32,000 nt of DNA from Delftia acidovorans NBRC 14950 (GCF_001598795.1 NZ_BCZP01000006.1:150001-182000), one strand, 5' to 3'. Shown: positions 15,945-25,250, counted from the stretch's first letter. Numbers and translations are program-made. Notes: generated from the letters alone by a model not told the origin.

Positions 15945-16306
15945 GACGCCACCCCGCCATGCACCTCGGCGAACGAGCGCAGCGTGCGCTCCAGCCGCGC
16001 CAGCGCCCACTGCGCCACGGCCTGCGGCACCTCGTCCGAGCCCAGCGCATCGAGCAGGCCGCGCAGCGGCTGCGCACCCTGCCCGGCTGCGGGCCGGGCA
16101 CGGAACCAAGCCGCCACCTCGGGCTGCTCGCAGCGCTCGCCCCCGTCCTGCAGGTAGTCCACGATGTCCAGCTCGAAGTCCTCCAGCCGCAGGCTGATGC
16201 CGCCCGCCCCGCAGGCGCAGGCACCGCCCAGGGCGACATGGCGCAGCGCCAGGGCGCACCACAGGTCCCAGAGCCGGCCGGCCTGCAGGGCGTGGTCGGA
16301 GGCCAT
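15941..16306 (-). CDS. Hypothetical 121-aa acidic, Cys-containing protein (no family recognised)
   Basis: ORF 15941..16675 trimmed to ATG 16306, 8 nt after the hyuB stop: MASDHALQAGRLWDLWCALALRHVALGGACACGAGGISLRLEDFELDIVDYLQDGGERCEQPEVAAWF..LERTLRSFAEVHGGVAS. Third codon positions are overwhelmingly G/C, as in neighbouring genes. It fills an otherwise 370-nt hole in a tightly packed operon, and its stop overlaps the GTPase start. The RBS is weak. Confidence 0.6.
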
Positions 16307-16314
16307 GGCCGTGC

Positions 16315-18105
16315 TCACTGCCCGTCCCAGGCCACGGCTGAGGTTGCCGTTGCGGCCGACGGAGACCTGCCGCTGCGCAGCGCCTGCGTGCCCTCGTGGT
16401 CCACCTGTCCCTGGCCATCCAGCGCCACGCGGTAGACCTCGCGGGCCACCTGGGCGCTCACATAGCCTTCGCGCACGTCCTCGGCCACCTTGTCCAGTTC
16501 GCGCGCCAGCGGGTCGCCAAAGCCCCCGCCGCCGCCCGACAGCATGCGGTAGGCATCGCCGCGCTCCAGACGCACGTTGAAGATCTTGGCGTTGGCATGG
16601 TCGGTCTTCCACTCGCCCTTGTGGCGCACGGCCAGGCCGTTGCCCATGGCATCGCCGCCGCCCTCCAGGCCCCATGGCTTGCAGTGCACGCGGTCGATGC
16701 GCGTGGTGACGGTGAAGGGCGACAGCGCCTGCACCACCATCTCCGCGCCCAGGCCGCCCCGGTACTGGCCCGCGCCGGCCGAGTCCTGGCGGATCTCGTA
16801 CTTCTCCACCAGCACCGGGTACTTGGCCTCGAGCTGCTCGGTGGGGCTGTTGTGGGTGTCGCCGTCATTGATGCAGACGGTGACGGACACGCCGTCCTCA
16901 CGGCTCTTGGCGCCCCAGCCGCCGCCCAGCGGGCCGATGCCGACGATGAACAGCCGCCCGTCCTCGGGCGAGATGCCATGGATGTTGGGAAACACCAGGT
17001 CCGCATGGTGGCCCGCGATGGAGCGGTCGGGAATCGCCGGCGCCAGGGCCTTGAAGATGGTGTCGATCACCGTCATGGGGAAGGTCATCCACACGCGCAT
17101 GGGATACGGCCTCTCGGCGCTGATCACCGTGCCCATGGGCATGATCACCTTGAGCGGCCGAAAGCTCCCGTCGTTGACCGGGTAGTCGGTCGGCGTGGTG
17201 AGGCATTTGTAGGCCACCTGCGCGCAGGCGATGCCCGTGGTGAAGCCGGAGTTGTAGAAGCCGCGCACCTGCTTGGAGACATCCGACAGGTCCACCGTCA
17301 TCTCGTCGCCCTGCACCGTGACCTTGACGCGGATGGGAATGCGCTTGCCGATGTCCAGCCCGTCGTCGTCCATGAAGGACTCGGCCTCGTACACGCCATC
17401 GGGAATCGACAGCGTGTTCTTGCGCGCCACGGCCTCGCTGGAATCCATGATCTGCGCGATGGCGCCGTTGACCGCATCCACGCCATAGCGCTGCAGCAGT
17501 TCCACATAGCGGCGCTCGCCCGTGGTGATGGCCGTGATCTGCGCGCGCAGATCGCCCAGGGCCCGCTCGGCCAGGCGCACGTTCATCGCGATGATGTCGA
17601 TCAGGTCCTGGTTGACCTCGCCCTCGCGCTGGTACTTCATGATGGGGATCTGTATCCCTTCGCTGAAGATGTCCGTGGTGACGTTGCCCAGCGTGCCGCC
17701 CACGTCCAGCCAGTGGGCCATGCAACAGGTGAAGCCTTCGAGCCGGCCCTCATGGAACACCGGCATGGTGAACGTGAAGTGGTTCAGGTGGCTGCCGGTG
17801 GTGTAGGCATCGTTGGTGACCAGGATGTCGCCGGGCAGGATGTTCTCGTAGCCGAAATGGCGGATCTTGGCCTTGACCGTCTCCGACATGCCGCGGATGA
17901 ACATGGGCAGGCCCAGGCCGATGGACACCGTGTCGCCCTCGCTCGTGAACAGGCCGACCGTGAAGTCCAGCGCCTCGTAGATGATGAGGTTGTAGGCCGT
18001 GCGCGTCAGGTTGGTCTTCATCTCCTCCGTGACGGCGTACAGGCCGTTGCGGATGATCTCGACGGTGACCGGATCGACGGGCCTGGAGTCAGTGGGGTGG
18101 TTCAT
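16315..18105 (-). CDS. hyuB: Hydantoinase B/oxoprolinase-family protein (HyuB-type subunit)
   Basis: 596 aa. MNHPTDSRPVDPVTVEIIRNGLYAVTEEMKTNLTRTAYNLIIYEALDFTVGLFTSEGD..DILVTNDAYTTGSHLNHFTF.. is the characteristic HyuB N-terminal region. Start overlaps the hyuA stop (ATGA at 18102..18105). Confidence 0.92.
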   Translation of the reverse strand: MNHPTDSRPVDPVTVEIIRNGLYAVTEEMKTNLTRTAYNLIIYEALDFTVGLFTSEGDTVSIGLGLPMFIRGMSETVKAKIRHFGYENILPGDILVTNDAYTTGSHLNHFTFTMPVFHEGRLEGFTCCMAHWLDVGGTLGNVTTDIFSEGIQIPIMKYQREGEVNQDLIDIIAMNVRLAERALGDLRAQITAITTGERRYVELLQRYGVDAVNGAIAQIMDSSEAVARKNTLSIPDGVYEAESFMDDDGLDIGKRIPIRVKVTVQGDEMTVDLSDVSKQVRGFYNSGFTTGIACAQVAYKCLTTPTDYPVNDGSFRPLKVIMPMGTVISAERPYPMRVWMTFPMTVIDTIFKALAPAIPDRSIAGHHADLVFPNIHGISPEDGRLFIVGIGPLGGGWGAKSREDGVSVTVCINDGDTHNSPTEQLEAKYPVLVEKYEIRQDSAGAGQYRGGLGAEMVVQALSPFTVTTRIDRVHCKPWGLEGGGDAMGNGLAVRHKGEWKTDHANAKIFNVRLERGDAYRMLSGGGGGFGDPLARELDKVAEDVREGYVSAQVAREVYRVALDGQGQVDHEGTQALRSGRSPSAATATSAVAWDGQ

Positions 18106-20198
18106 GTGCGGTCGCTCCCGATGTCGATTTGCAGATTGCCCAGTTCGTCCACGCGCAGCCGGTCGCCGGGCTGCACGACGGTGGTGGATGCGTGTTCCTC
18201 GATCAGCGCGGGCCCCGCGATCTCGTTGCCCGCCAGCAGGCGCTCGCGCAGATGCACCGGCGTGTCCACCCAGCCGCTGGAGCGGAAATAGACGGGCTTG
18301 ACCGTGCGCACGGAGGCACGGCTGGGCTCGGCGCTGCCGCGTTCCACGCTGTGCCTGGGCGGTTTCTTCATCGTGCCCAGCACCGTGACGCGCAGGCTCA
18401 CGAGGTCGGCCGGCTCCTGCGGGGCCGAGGTGCCGTAGCGCACCTTGTGCAGCTCGTCGAACTGGCGCTTGATGGCCGAGCGGTCCCGTCCCTCGAAGAA
18501 GGCCATGGGCAGGTCCACGGTCACCGCATGCTCCTGGCCCACGTAGCGCATGTCGGCGGCGCGCTCGATCACGATGCCGTCCGGCGCGATGCCGGACTGC
18601 GCCAGCGCGGCGCGGCCCTCGTCCTCCATGCTCTGGTAGGCGGCCTCGATCTCCTCGAAGGACACCTCGCCCAGCTTGCGGAACACCGAGCGCACGTAGT
18701 CGTAGCGCAGGTCGGAGAACAGCATTCCGTAGGCCGAGAAATAGCCGGGCGCATAGGGGATCAGCACCTTGCGGATGCCGATCTCACGCGCAATGGCCGA
18801 GGCGTGCAGCGGACCCGCGCCGCCGTAGACGACCATGGTGAAGCTGCCCGCATCCAGGCCGCGCTCGGTGGTCACGGCCTTGACGGCATGCGACATCTGC
18901 GTCACGGCGATGCGCAGGATGCCGTCGGCCGCCTCGGTGGGCTCCAGACCCAGCGGGGTCGCCACGCGCTCGGCCATCTGGCGCTGGCAGGCATCCATGT
19001 CCAGCTGCAGCTCGCCGCCCAGGAAATGCTCCGCGTCCAGCCGGCCCAGCACCAGGTTGGCGTCGGTCACCGTGGGCTCCAGCCCGCCACGGCCATAGGC
19101 CACGGGGCCGGGGATGGAGCCGGCGCTCTGCGGGCCCACGCGCAGCGCGTTGCCCGTCTCCACGCGGGCGATGGAGCCGCCGCCCGTGCCCACTTCGTGG
19201 ATGTCCATCATCGGGATCTGTATCGGCAGGGCCTGCTCGTAGCCGCCGATCAGCGCCGAGCCCGTGGTCAGCGGCCGGCCCTCGCTGATCACGCCGGCCT
19301 TGGCCGTGGTGCCGCCCATGTCGAAGGCGATGGCATCGCCCATGCCCAGCTGCGCACAGATGGCCTGGGCGCCGATCACGCCGGCCGCCGGACCCGATTC
19401 GAGCATGCGCACGCAGCCCACCTTGGCATGCTCGACCGGGAACAATCCGCCCGTGGACTGCACGATGTAGAAGTCGCCCTCGAAGCCCTTGCCGCCCAGG
19501 TGGTTCTCCAACTGGCCCAGGTACTGCGACACGCGCGGCCCCACGTAGGCATTGGCCACGGCGGTGGACACGCGCTCGAACTCGCGGTACTCCTGCGACA
19601 GCTCATGCGAGGCGCAGACAAAGGCGCCCGGCATCTCTTCCTGCAGGATCTGCTTGACGCGCTGCTCGTGCGCCGGATTGCGGTAGGAGTGCAGCAGCAG
19701 CACGGCCACGGCCTCCACGCCCTGCCCTGCCAGTTCGCGGGCCAGCTCGCGCACGGCCGCCTCGTCCAGCGGCTTGTGCAGGCTGCCGTCGGCGCGCAGG
19801 CGCTCGGACACCTCATGGCGCAGCGAGCGCCGCACCAGCGGCTGGTGCTTGTTGAAGAACAGGTTGTAGGCATCGGGCCGGTTCACGCGGCCGATCTCGT
19901 AGATGTCGCGAAAGCCCTCGGTGATCAGCAGCGCGGTGTGGGCGCCATTGCGCTCCAGCAGCGTGTTGATGGCAATGGTGGAGCCATGCAGGAACAGATG
20001 GCCGTCGCGCCAGTCGATGCCCGCGCTGTCTATCGTGGCCTGGATGCCGTTGACCAGCTCGCCATGCGTGGACAGGGCCTTGCCGAACAGCAGCCGGCCG
20101 CTGGCCTCGTCAAACGCCGCCATGTCGGTGAAGGTGCCGCCGATATCGACGGCAATGCGCAGCCGGGGCCGCTGCGAAATCGCTTGTTGGTTATCCAT
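18102..20198 (-). CDS. hyuA: Hydantoinase/oxoprolinase-family protein (HyuA-type, ATP-binding subunit)
   Basis: 698 aa, ATG preceded by GGAGAA. LRIAVDIGGTFTDMAAFDE.. (ASKHA-fold phosphate-1 motif), ..AFDMGGTTAKAG.., ..EVGTGGGSIA.. are typical of Hydantoinase_A proteins. Confidence 0.92.
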   Translation of the reverse strand: MDNQQAISQRPRLRIAVDIGGTFTDMAAFDEASGRLLFGKALSTHGELVNGIQATIDSAGIDWRDGHLFLHGSTIAINTLLERNGAHTALLITEGFRDIYEIGRVNRPDAYNLFFNKHQPLVRRSLRHEVSERLRADGSLHKPLDEAAVRELARELAGQGVEAVAVLLLHSYRNPAHEQRVKQILQEEMPGAFVCASHELSQEYREFERVSTAVANAYVGPRVSQYLGQLENHLGGKGFEGDFYIVQSTGGLFPVEHAKVGCVRMLESGPAAGVIGAQAICAQLGMGDAIAFDMGGTTAKAGVISEGRPLTTGSALIGGYEQALPIQIPMMDIHEVGTGGGSIARVETGNALRVGPQSAGSIPGPVAYGRGGLEPTVTDANLVLGRLDAEHFLGGELQLDMDACQRQMAERVATPLGLEPTEAADGILRIAVTQMSHAVKAVTTERGLDAGSFTMVVYGGAGPLHASAIAREIGIRKVLIPYAPGYFSAYGMLFSDLRYDYVRSVFRKLGEVSFEEIEAAYQSMEDEGRAALAQSGIAPDGIVIERAADMRYVGQEHAVTVDLPMAFFEGRDRSAIKRQFDELHKVRYGTSAPQEPADLVSLRVTVLGTMKKPPRHSVERGSAEPSRASVRTVKPVYFRSSGWVDTPVHLRERLLAGNEIAGPALIEEHASTTVVQPGDRLRVDELGNLQIDIGSDRT

Positions 20199-20298
20199 GA
20201 AATTCTCCAGAGACAGTTATTCACAGCGCCATGCGCCGCCCACAGTCCTTGAAACCGGCGTGCCCCAAAGCGAGGGACACCGAGGAAGGGCCGCCCCG

Positions 20299-20366
20299 CA
20301 CCGAGGGTGTCGTCCCCCTCCCGCGAAGCGAGAGAGGGGGAAGGCGCGAAGCGACTCAGGGGGTGT
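20299..20366 (-). repeat. REP-like GC-rich palindromic element directly 3' of the FAH-family gene
   Basis: 8-bp stem tccccctc (20313..20320) / gaggggga (20334..20341) around a 13-nt loop. 9-bp direct repeat gcgaagcga at 20323..20331 and 20346..20354. caccgagg occurs twice upstream. The tail aagcgactcagggg resembles aagcggctcagggg at 2307..2320, which also abuts a minus-strand stop codon. Confidence 0.45.
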
Positions 20367-20370
20367 CATC

Positions 20371-21222
20371 TCAGACATCAGTGCCGATGCGGTTGCGCAG
20401 CACGCCCAGCCCAGTGATCTCGACCTCGACCACATCGCCATGCTTCATGTACAGAGGCGGCTCGCGGCGGTCGCCCACGCCGCCCGGCGTGCCCGTGGCG
20501 ATCACGTCGCCTGGCGACAGCGGCGTGAAGCGCGACACATAGGCCACGATGGTGGGGATGTCGAAGATCAGGTCGCCCAGGCTGGCCTGCTGCACCACGC
20601 TGCCGTTCAGGCGCGTCTGCAGCGCCAGGCTGCGCACGTCGGCCACCTCGTCGCGCGTGACCAGCCAGGGGCCGAAGGGAGCCGTGCCGGGAAAGTTCTT
20701 GCCGGGCGTGAACTGGTGCGTATGGCGCTGCCAGTCGCGCACGCTCACATCGTTGAAGCAGGCATAGCCGGCGATGTGGTCGAAGGCATCTTCCTTTGCA
20801 ATGTGGCGCCCGCCCCGGCCGATGACGAAGGCCAGCTCGCCCTCCCAGTCGAAACGCTCCGAGAAGGCCGGGCGCAGCAGCTCGTCGCCATCGGCGGCCA
20901 GGCTGTCGTTGAAGCGCAGGAACAGCGACGGGTGCTCGCTGTCGGCGCGCCGCGTCTCGGCCACATGGGTCTTGTAGTTCAGGCCCACGCAGATGAGCTT
21001 GCCGGGGTTGGGGATGACGGGCAGCGCCTGGGTCTGCGCCGCATCGACGGACACGGCGCCGGCCTGCAGGGCCTGCTCCAGCTCGCCCAGCGCCTGTGCG
21101 CGCAGCACGGACAGCAGGTCGGGATGGCGGGCGAGAAATTCGGCGGGCGGCAGCAGGAAGCGCTCGGCCAGAACCTGCCCGTAGCGGGGCTGTCCGGCAT
21201 GGATGAAGCTGGCGAGTTTCAA
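20371..21222 (-). CDS. Fumarylacetoacetate hydrolase (FAH) family protein (HpcE/acylpyruvase-like)
   Basis: The ORF track gives 20371..21291 (GTG start). I prefer TTG at 21222 because it is preceded by AAGGA at a 7-nt spacing and yields the usual (M)KLASFIHAG N-terminus. Family motifs: ..GKLICVGLNYKTHVAE.., ..WEGELAFVIGRGG.., ..GYACFNDVSVRDWQ.., ..PLSPGDVIATGTPGGVG... Confidence 0.85.
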   Translation of the reverse strand: MKLASFIHAGQPRYGQVLAERFLLPPAEFLARHPDLLSVLRAQALGELEQALQAGAVSVDAAQTQALPVIPNPGKLICVGLNYKTHVAETRRADSEHPSLFLRFNDSLAADGDELLRPAFSERFDWEGELAFVIGRGGRHIAKEDAFDHIAGYACFNDVSVRDWQRHTHQFTPGKNFPGTAPFGPWLVTRDEVADVRSLALQTRLNGSVVQQASLGDLIFDIPTIVAYVSRFTPLSPGDVIATGTPGGVGDRREPPLYMKHGDVVEVEITGLGVLRNRIGTDV

Positions 21223-21377
21223 CGGATTTTCCTTAGGTTCGGTGTCTGGAAAACCTGCCACGGCAAGGCCATTGGCAAGGCATGACTGCACTGTAGAAAT
21301 CCCGTTGATATCTGGATAGATAGAATTTCAGGCTTTCAGAATTGCCTCATCAGGCATACCTCAACCGGGTAACCACC

Positions 21378-22322
21378 ATGCACCTGCCCAGCGTCAAGCT
21401 CTTCCTCGAGGTCTCCGAAGCCGGCAGCATCAGCAAGGTCGCGGCACGGCGGCACACCGTGCAGTCGCACATCAGCCGGCAGATCAGCGAATTCGAAGCG
21501 TCTCTGGGCGGCCCCTTGCTGCGGCGCACGGGCCGGGGCGTCACGCTGACGCCGCTGGGCGCGCGGGCCGCGCTGCGGCTGCGCAGCTGGCTGCAGGAAA
21601 CCGAGCAATTGCAGGAAACACTGCGTGCGGACGCAGGCCAGCTATGGGGAGAGGTGCGGCTGGGCATCGTGCCCTCGGCCGCGCACCCGCTGATGACGCA
21701 TGTGTTCGACTGGCTGCAGCGCGAGCACCCGGGCATACGCCTGAACATCACCGAGGCCCAGGGCACGGAGCTCGACGCGCTGCTGGACAGCGGCGCCGTG
21801 GACCTGGCCATCCTCTTTCGGTTCGCGCGCCCGGCCGGCGGCGACGAGCGGCTGCTGAGCACCGCGCACAGCTATCTGGTGTCGCGCCCTGGCGATCCCT
21901 TGACCCTGGCGCCCACCACGGAGTTCGCCGCGCTCGACGGCCTGCAGCTGGTGCTGCCGCGCCGCCCCAGCCATTGGCGCGACGCGCTCGATGAGGCCGC
22001 GCACAGCCACGGCTTTCGGCTCGCGGCTGCCGCCGAGGCCGACTCGCTGACCGTGCAAAAGGAACTCGTGGCCCACGCGCCCGGCCTCTACTCGGTGATC
22101 GGCCCGTACTCCATCGATGCCGAACTGCGCCAGGGCCGGCTGCAGGCCAGCCGCCTGGTCAACCCCGGCCTGGTGCGCCATGTGACGCTGGCCCTGCCCC
22201 GGCACGGCAAGCTCACCCAGGCCTGCCGCGTGGTGGGCGATGCCATCGAGGCATTGACGCAGGCCTGGGGACAGCAGCTGTCGTCGGGGCCGCTGAGCAC
22301 CTCGGGACTGCTCGACGGTTGA
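21378..22322 (+). CDS. LysR-family transcriptional regulator (divergent from the FAH/hyu gene string)
   Basis: ORF 21342..22322 trimmed to ATG 21378. MHLPSVKLFLEVSEAGSISKVAARRHTVQSHISRQISEFEASLGGPLLRRTGRGVTLTPLG is an LTTR wHTH. 314 aa. Confidence 0.9.
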   Translation: MHLPSVKLFLEVSEAGSISKVAARRHTVQSHISRQISEFEASLGGPLLRRTGRGVTLTPLGARAALRLRSWLQETEQLQETLRADAGQLWGEVRLGIVPSAAHPLMTHVFDWLQREHPGIRLNITEAQGTELDALLDSGAVDLAILFRFARPAGGDERLLSTAHSYLVSRPGDPLTLAPTTEFAALDGLQLVLPRRPSHWRDALDEAAHSHGFRLAAAAEADSLTVQKELVAHAPGLYSVIGPYSIDAELRQGRLQASRLVNPGLVRHVTLALPRHGKLTQACRVVGDAIEALTQAWGQQLSSGPLSTSGLLDG

Positions 22323-22408
22323 AGGGATCAGATATCGGCCCCATCGGCTCCAGTCGTCGGCCATGCACGCCGTGGCCAGGCCATCGGACCAGAACGGCCG
22401 CAACCATG

Positions 22409-22804
22409 TCAGCGGGCCTGGCCATCACGCACGGCTGCAATGGCCTCGATCTCGATCATGGCCGCCGGGTCGTACAGCGCCTGGATCTGGGCAATCGTGT
22501 CGGCCGGATAGGGGGCGCCGAAGAACTCGCGGCGCAGGGCGACCACCTCGTCGAAGTGGCCCATGTCGGTAACGAAGATGGTGACCTTGATCACGTCCTT
22601 CAGGCTGGAGCCGCCCGCCTCCAGCGCGCGGCGCAGATTGGCAAACGCCTGCCGGCCCTGGGCCAGGAAGCCGCCCGGCACGATGCGGCCATCGTCTCCG
22701 GCGCCGGCCTGACCGGAGATGAACAGCAGCTCGCCAAAGCGAATGCCTTGCGACAGCAAAAACGGCTCGTAGGGGTCGGGTTGTGTGGTGACACGGTGCA
22801 GCAT
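22409..22804 (-). CDS. RidA/YjgF/UK114-family protein (reactive enamine/imine deaminase family)
   Basis: ORF 22409..22894 trimmed to ATG 22804, which is preceded by GAAGGAAA. 131 aa: ..GELLFISGQAG..QGRQAFANLRRALEAGGSSLKDVIKVTIFVTDMGHFDEVVALRREFF..PADTIAQIQAL..IEIEAIA. Confidence 0.88.
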   Translation of the reverse strand: MLHRVTTQPDPYEPFLLSQGIRFGELLFISGQAGAGDDGRIVPGGFLAQGRQAFANLRRALEAGGSSLKDVIKVTIFVTDMGHFDEVVALRREFFGAPYPADTIAQIQALYDPAAMIEIEAIAAVRDGQAR

Positions 22805-22881
22805 GGTTTCATTTCCTTCATCCATCCCCGGCAGGATCGCGCTTGGGGCATGGGTGAACGATAGGGAAGCCGGATGATTGC

Positions 22882-22899
22882 GACAAAGGTTCATTTGTC
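22882..22899. promoter_or_regulatory. Palindrome GACAAA-N6-TTTGTC in the ridA/LysR divergent spacer (candidate LTTR operator)
   Basis: gacaaaggttcatttgtc has perfect 6-bp arms. It lies 62-79 nt upstream of the LysR ATG (22961) and 78-95 nt upstream of the ridA ATG (22804). Confidence 0.3.
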
Positions 22900-22960
22900 A
22901 GGCATAAGATGAGTTTTCCTCACCCCATTGCTCACCCGACCCTTGCGTCCTCCAGCCCTC

Positions 22961-23851
22961 ATGCAACGCAACCAGCTGCCGCTTTCCGCACTGCGCGCCT
23001 TCGAGGCCGCCGCCCGCCTGGGCAGCTTCAAGCAGGCCGCCGACGACCTGGCCGTGACCCCCACGGCCATCAGCCACCAGATCCGCGCGCTGGAGGAACA
23101 GCTGGGCCTGGCGCTGTTCGATCGCCAGGTACGCAAGGTGGTGCTGACCGAGGCCGGCGCCCAGCTCTATCCGGTGCTGCGCGACGGTTTCGACGCCTTT
23201 GCCGCCACGCTGGAGCGCCTGCAGCAAAAGCGCCTGCGCGCCCAGGTCAGCATCTCGGCCACCAATGCGTTCACCGTGAAATGGCTGGTGCCGCGCATGG
23301 CCAGCTTCCGCGCGATGCACCCTGAGGTGGACCTGCAACTGCAGGCCTCGGACGATGTGGTGGACCTGCGCTCCCATGCCGTCGATATCGCCGTGCGCTA
23401 CGGGCGCGGCCCCTATCCGGGCCTGGTGGCCGAGCCCCTGTTCAGCGACCGCTTTGCGCCCGTGGCCAATCCCCGGCTGGGCGTGCTGGGGCCGGCCGAC
23501 CTGGCCCGCCTGCCGCTGATCCGCTTTGACTGGAACACGGTGCACGCCAGCAATCCCACCTGGGAGCGCTGGTTTGACGAGGCAGGCCTGGCCTGGAATT
23601 CACCGGCGGGGCAACTGCGCTTTTCCGACGAGGGCCATGCCATCCAGGCGGCCATTGCCGGTCATGGCATTGCCCTGGTGAGCCTGGCCCTGGTGGCCGA
23701 GGACATTGCGGCCGGCCACCTGCTGCAGCCCTTCGGCCCCTCGATCACCGGCCATACCTACCATCTGGCCGTGGGCGAGCAACGGGAGCCGGGCCCCCAT
23801 GTGCGCGCCGTCATGGACTGGCTCAGAAGCCAGTCCATGGCCGTGCCATAG
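22961..23851 (+). CDS. LysR-family transcriptional regulator (GcvA/AmpR-like subgroup)
   Basis: ORF 22928..23851 (TTG) trimmed to ATG 22961. MQRNQLPLSALRAFEAAARLGSFKQAADDLAVTPTAISHQIRALEEQLGLALFDRQVRKVVLTEAGAQL. 296 aa. Confidence 0.9.
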   Translation: MQRNQLPLSALRAFEAAARLGSFKQAADDLAVTPTAISHQIRALEEQLGLALFDRQVRKVVLTEAGAQLYPVLRDGFDAFAATLERLQQKRLRAQVSISATNAFTVKWLVPRMASFRAMHPEVDLQLQASDDVVDLRSHAVDIAVRYGRGPYPGLVAEPLFSDRFAPVANPRLGVLGPADLARLPLIRFDWNTVHASNPTWERWFDEAGLAWNSPAGQLRFSDEGHAIQAAIAGHGIALVSLALVAEDIAAGHLLQPFGPSITGHTYHLAVGEQREPGPHVRAVMDWLRSQSMAVP

Positions 23852-23868
23852 CCGTACCGTAGCCGCCC

Positions 23869-24840
23869 TCAATAACCCCGTGCCGCGTCCACCGCCTGTG
23901 GCAGCTCGCCGCTGGCGCGCCAGCGGCGGATGTTGCCCGCCACGATGGCCGATGCCGTCGCGCGGTCCGTGGGTGCCGAGATGTGGGGCAGCACGGTCAC
24001 GGCGGGGTGCGCCCACTGCCAGGACGATTCAGGCAGGGGCTCCTGCTCGAACACGTCCAGCACGGCATGGGCCAGGCGGCCGCTGTCCAGGGCGGCGCGC
24101 AACGCGGCATCGTCCACGATGGGGCCGCGCGCAAAGTTGATCAGCGAGGCATGGGCGGGCAGCGCGGCCAGCGCCTGCGCGCCGACGATGCCGCGCGTCT
24201 GCGGCGTGAGCGGCAGCAGGCACACGAGGATGTCGGTGCCTGCCAGCATGGTTGGCAGTTCGGCATCGCCTGCATGGCATTGCACGCCCTCGATGTGCCT
24301 GGGCGTGCGGCTCCAGCCGCGCACCTGAAAGCCTGCCGACAGCAGCCGCTGAGCTGCGGCCTTGCCCAGTGCGCCCAGGCCCAGCAGCGACACCGTCCTG
24401 TCCTGCGCGCGCACGCCGTCATGCGCCAGCCATTGGCGCGCGGCCTGCTGGCGGGCATAGCGCGGCATGTCGCGGTGCAGGTACAGGGTCCAGGCCAGCA
24501 CGGCCTCGGCCATGGTGTCGGCCAGTTGCGGGTCCACCAGGCGGACGATGCGCAGGTCGGTATCGCCCAGGTCGGCCACCAGGCGCTCCACGCCGGCCCA
24601 GACGCTGTGCACCCATTGCAGGCGCGGCAGCGTGCGCAGGTCGGCGGGCTGGGGGTTGGCGACGATGGCGACCTCGCAGGCCGCGCGCTGGTCCGCATCC
24701 AGCGCATCAAGGGCGACCACGCGCTCCTCGGGCAGGGCGGCCTGCAGGGCCTGCAGCCAGGCTTGGGCTGCCGGATAGCCGGGTGCGCAGACGAAAGGAA
24801 GCGGGGGGAGCGAGGCGCGAGGAGACAGCGAACCGCTCAT
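23869..24840 (-). CDS. ghrA: D-2-hydroxyacid dehydrogenase, glyoxylate/hydroxypyruvate reductase A-like
   Basis: 323 aa. NAD-binding ..VSLLGLGALGKAAAQRL... Catalytic region ..LINFARGPIVDDAALRAALDSGRLAHAVLDVFEQEPLP..HPAVTVLPHISA... The C-terminus ..AVDAARGY resembles the E. coli GhrA ending (..VDRARGY) as I recall it. Start overlaps the stop of the VOC gene (ATGA at 24837..24840). Confidence 0.85.
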   Translation of the reverse strand: MSGSLSPRASLPPLPFVCAPGYPAAQAWLQALQAALPEERVVALDALDADQRAACEVAIVANPQPADLRTLPRLQWVHSVWAGVERLVADLGDTDLRIVRLVDPQLADTMAEAVLAWTLYLHRDMPRYARQQAARQWLAHDGVRAQDRTVSLLGLGALGKAAAQRLLSAGFQVRGWSRTPRHIEGVQCHAGDAELPTMLAGTDILVCLLPLTPQTRGIVGAQALAALPAHASLINFARGPIVDDAALRAALDSGRLAHAVLDVFEQEPLPESSWQWAHPAVTVLPHISAPTDRATASAIVAGNIRRWRASGELPQAVDAARGY

Positions 24841-25250
24841 TTGGCAAAAACCTTGTCCAGGTCGGCGAAGCCCTTGACCTCGATGGGATTGCCGCTGGGG
24901 TCGCGGAAGAACATGGTGGCCTGCTCGCCGGGCTCGCCCTCGAAGCGGATGCCGGGCTGCAGCACGAAATCCACCACGCCACCCGACAGCCGCGCGGCCA
25001 GGGCCTTCCAGTCGTCCATGGCCATCACCAGGCCCAGGTGGGGCATGGGCACCATGTGATCGCCCACGCGGCCGGTGTTCGTGACCGGGAAGGGCTCGCC
25101 CAGGTGCAGCGAGATCTGGTGACCGAAGAAGTCGAAGTCCACCCAGGTCTCGGTGCTGCGGCCTTCCTGGCAGCCGAGCAGCGTGCCGTAGAAGGCGCGC
25201 GCTTCGTCCAGATCGCGGACATGGTAGGCAAGGTGGAAACTGGTGCGCAT
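24837..25250 (-). CDS. VOC-family (glyoxalase/bleomycin-resistance/dioxygenase fold) protein
   Basis: 137 aa, ATG start. MRTSFHLAYHVRDLDEARAFYGTLLGCQEGRSTETWVDFDFFGHQISLHLG..MFFRDPSGNPIEVKGF fits the paired beta-alpha-beta-beta-beta module pattern of VOC proteins. Confidence 0.82.
   Translation of the reverse strand: MRTSFHLAYHVRDLDEARAFYGTLLGCQEGRSTETWVDFDFFGHQISLHLGEPFPVTNTGRVGDHMVPMPHLGLVMAMDDWKALAARLSGGVVDFVLQPGIRFEGEPGEQATMFFRDPSGNPIEVKGFADLDKVFAK

Noticed and set aside
21223-21377. LTTR T-N11-A box in the FAH/LysR divergent spacer (tatc-tg-gata at about 21310..21319; tgcct-catc-aggca at about 21343..21356).
   Set aside because: The dyads are short (4-5 bp arms) and their spacing does not fit ATC-N9-GAT. 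They are plausible as promoter/operator DNA because the region is AT-rich, but I cannot single out a site with confidence.
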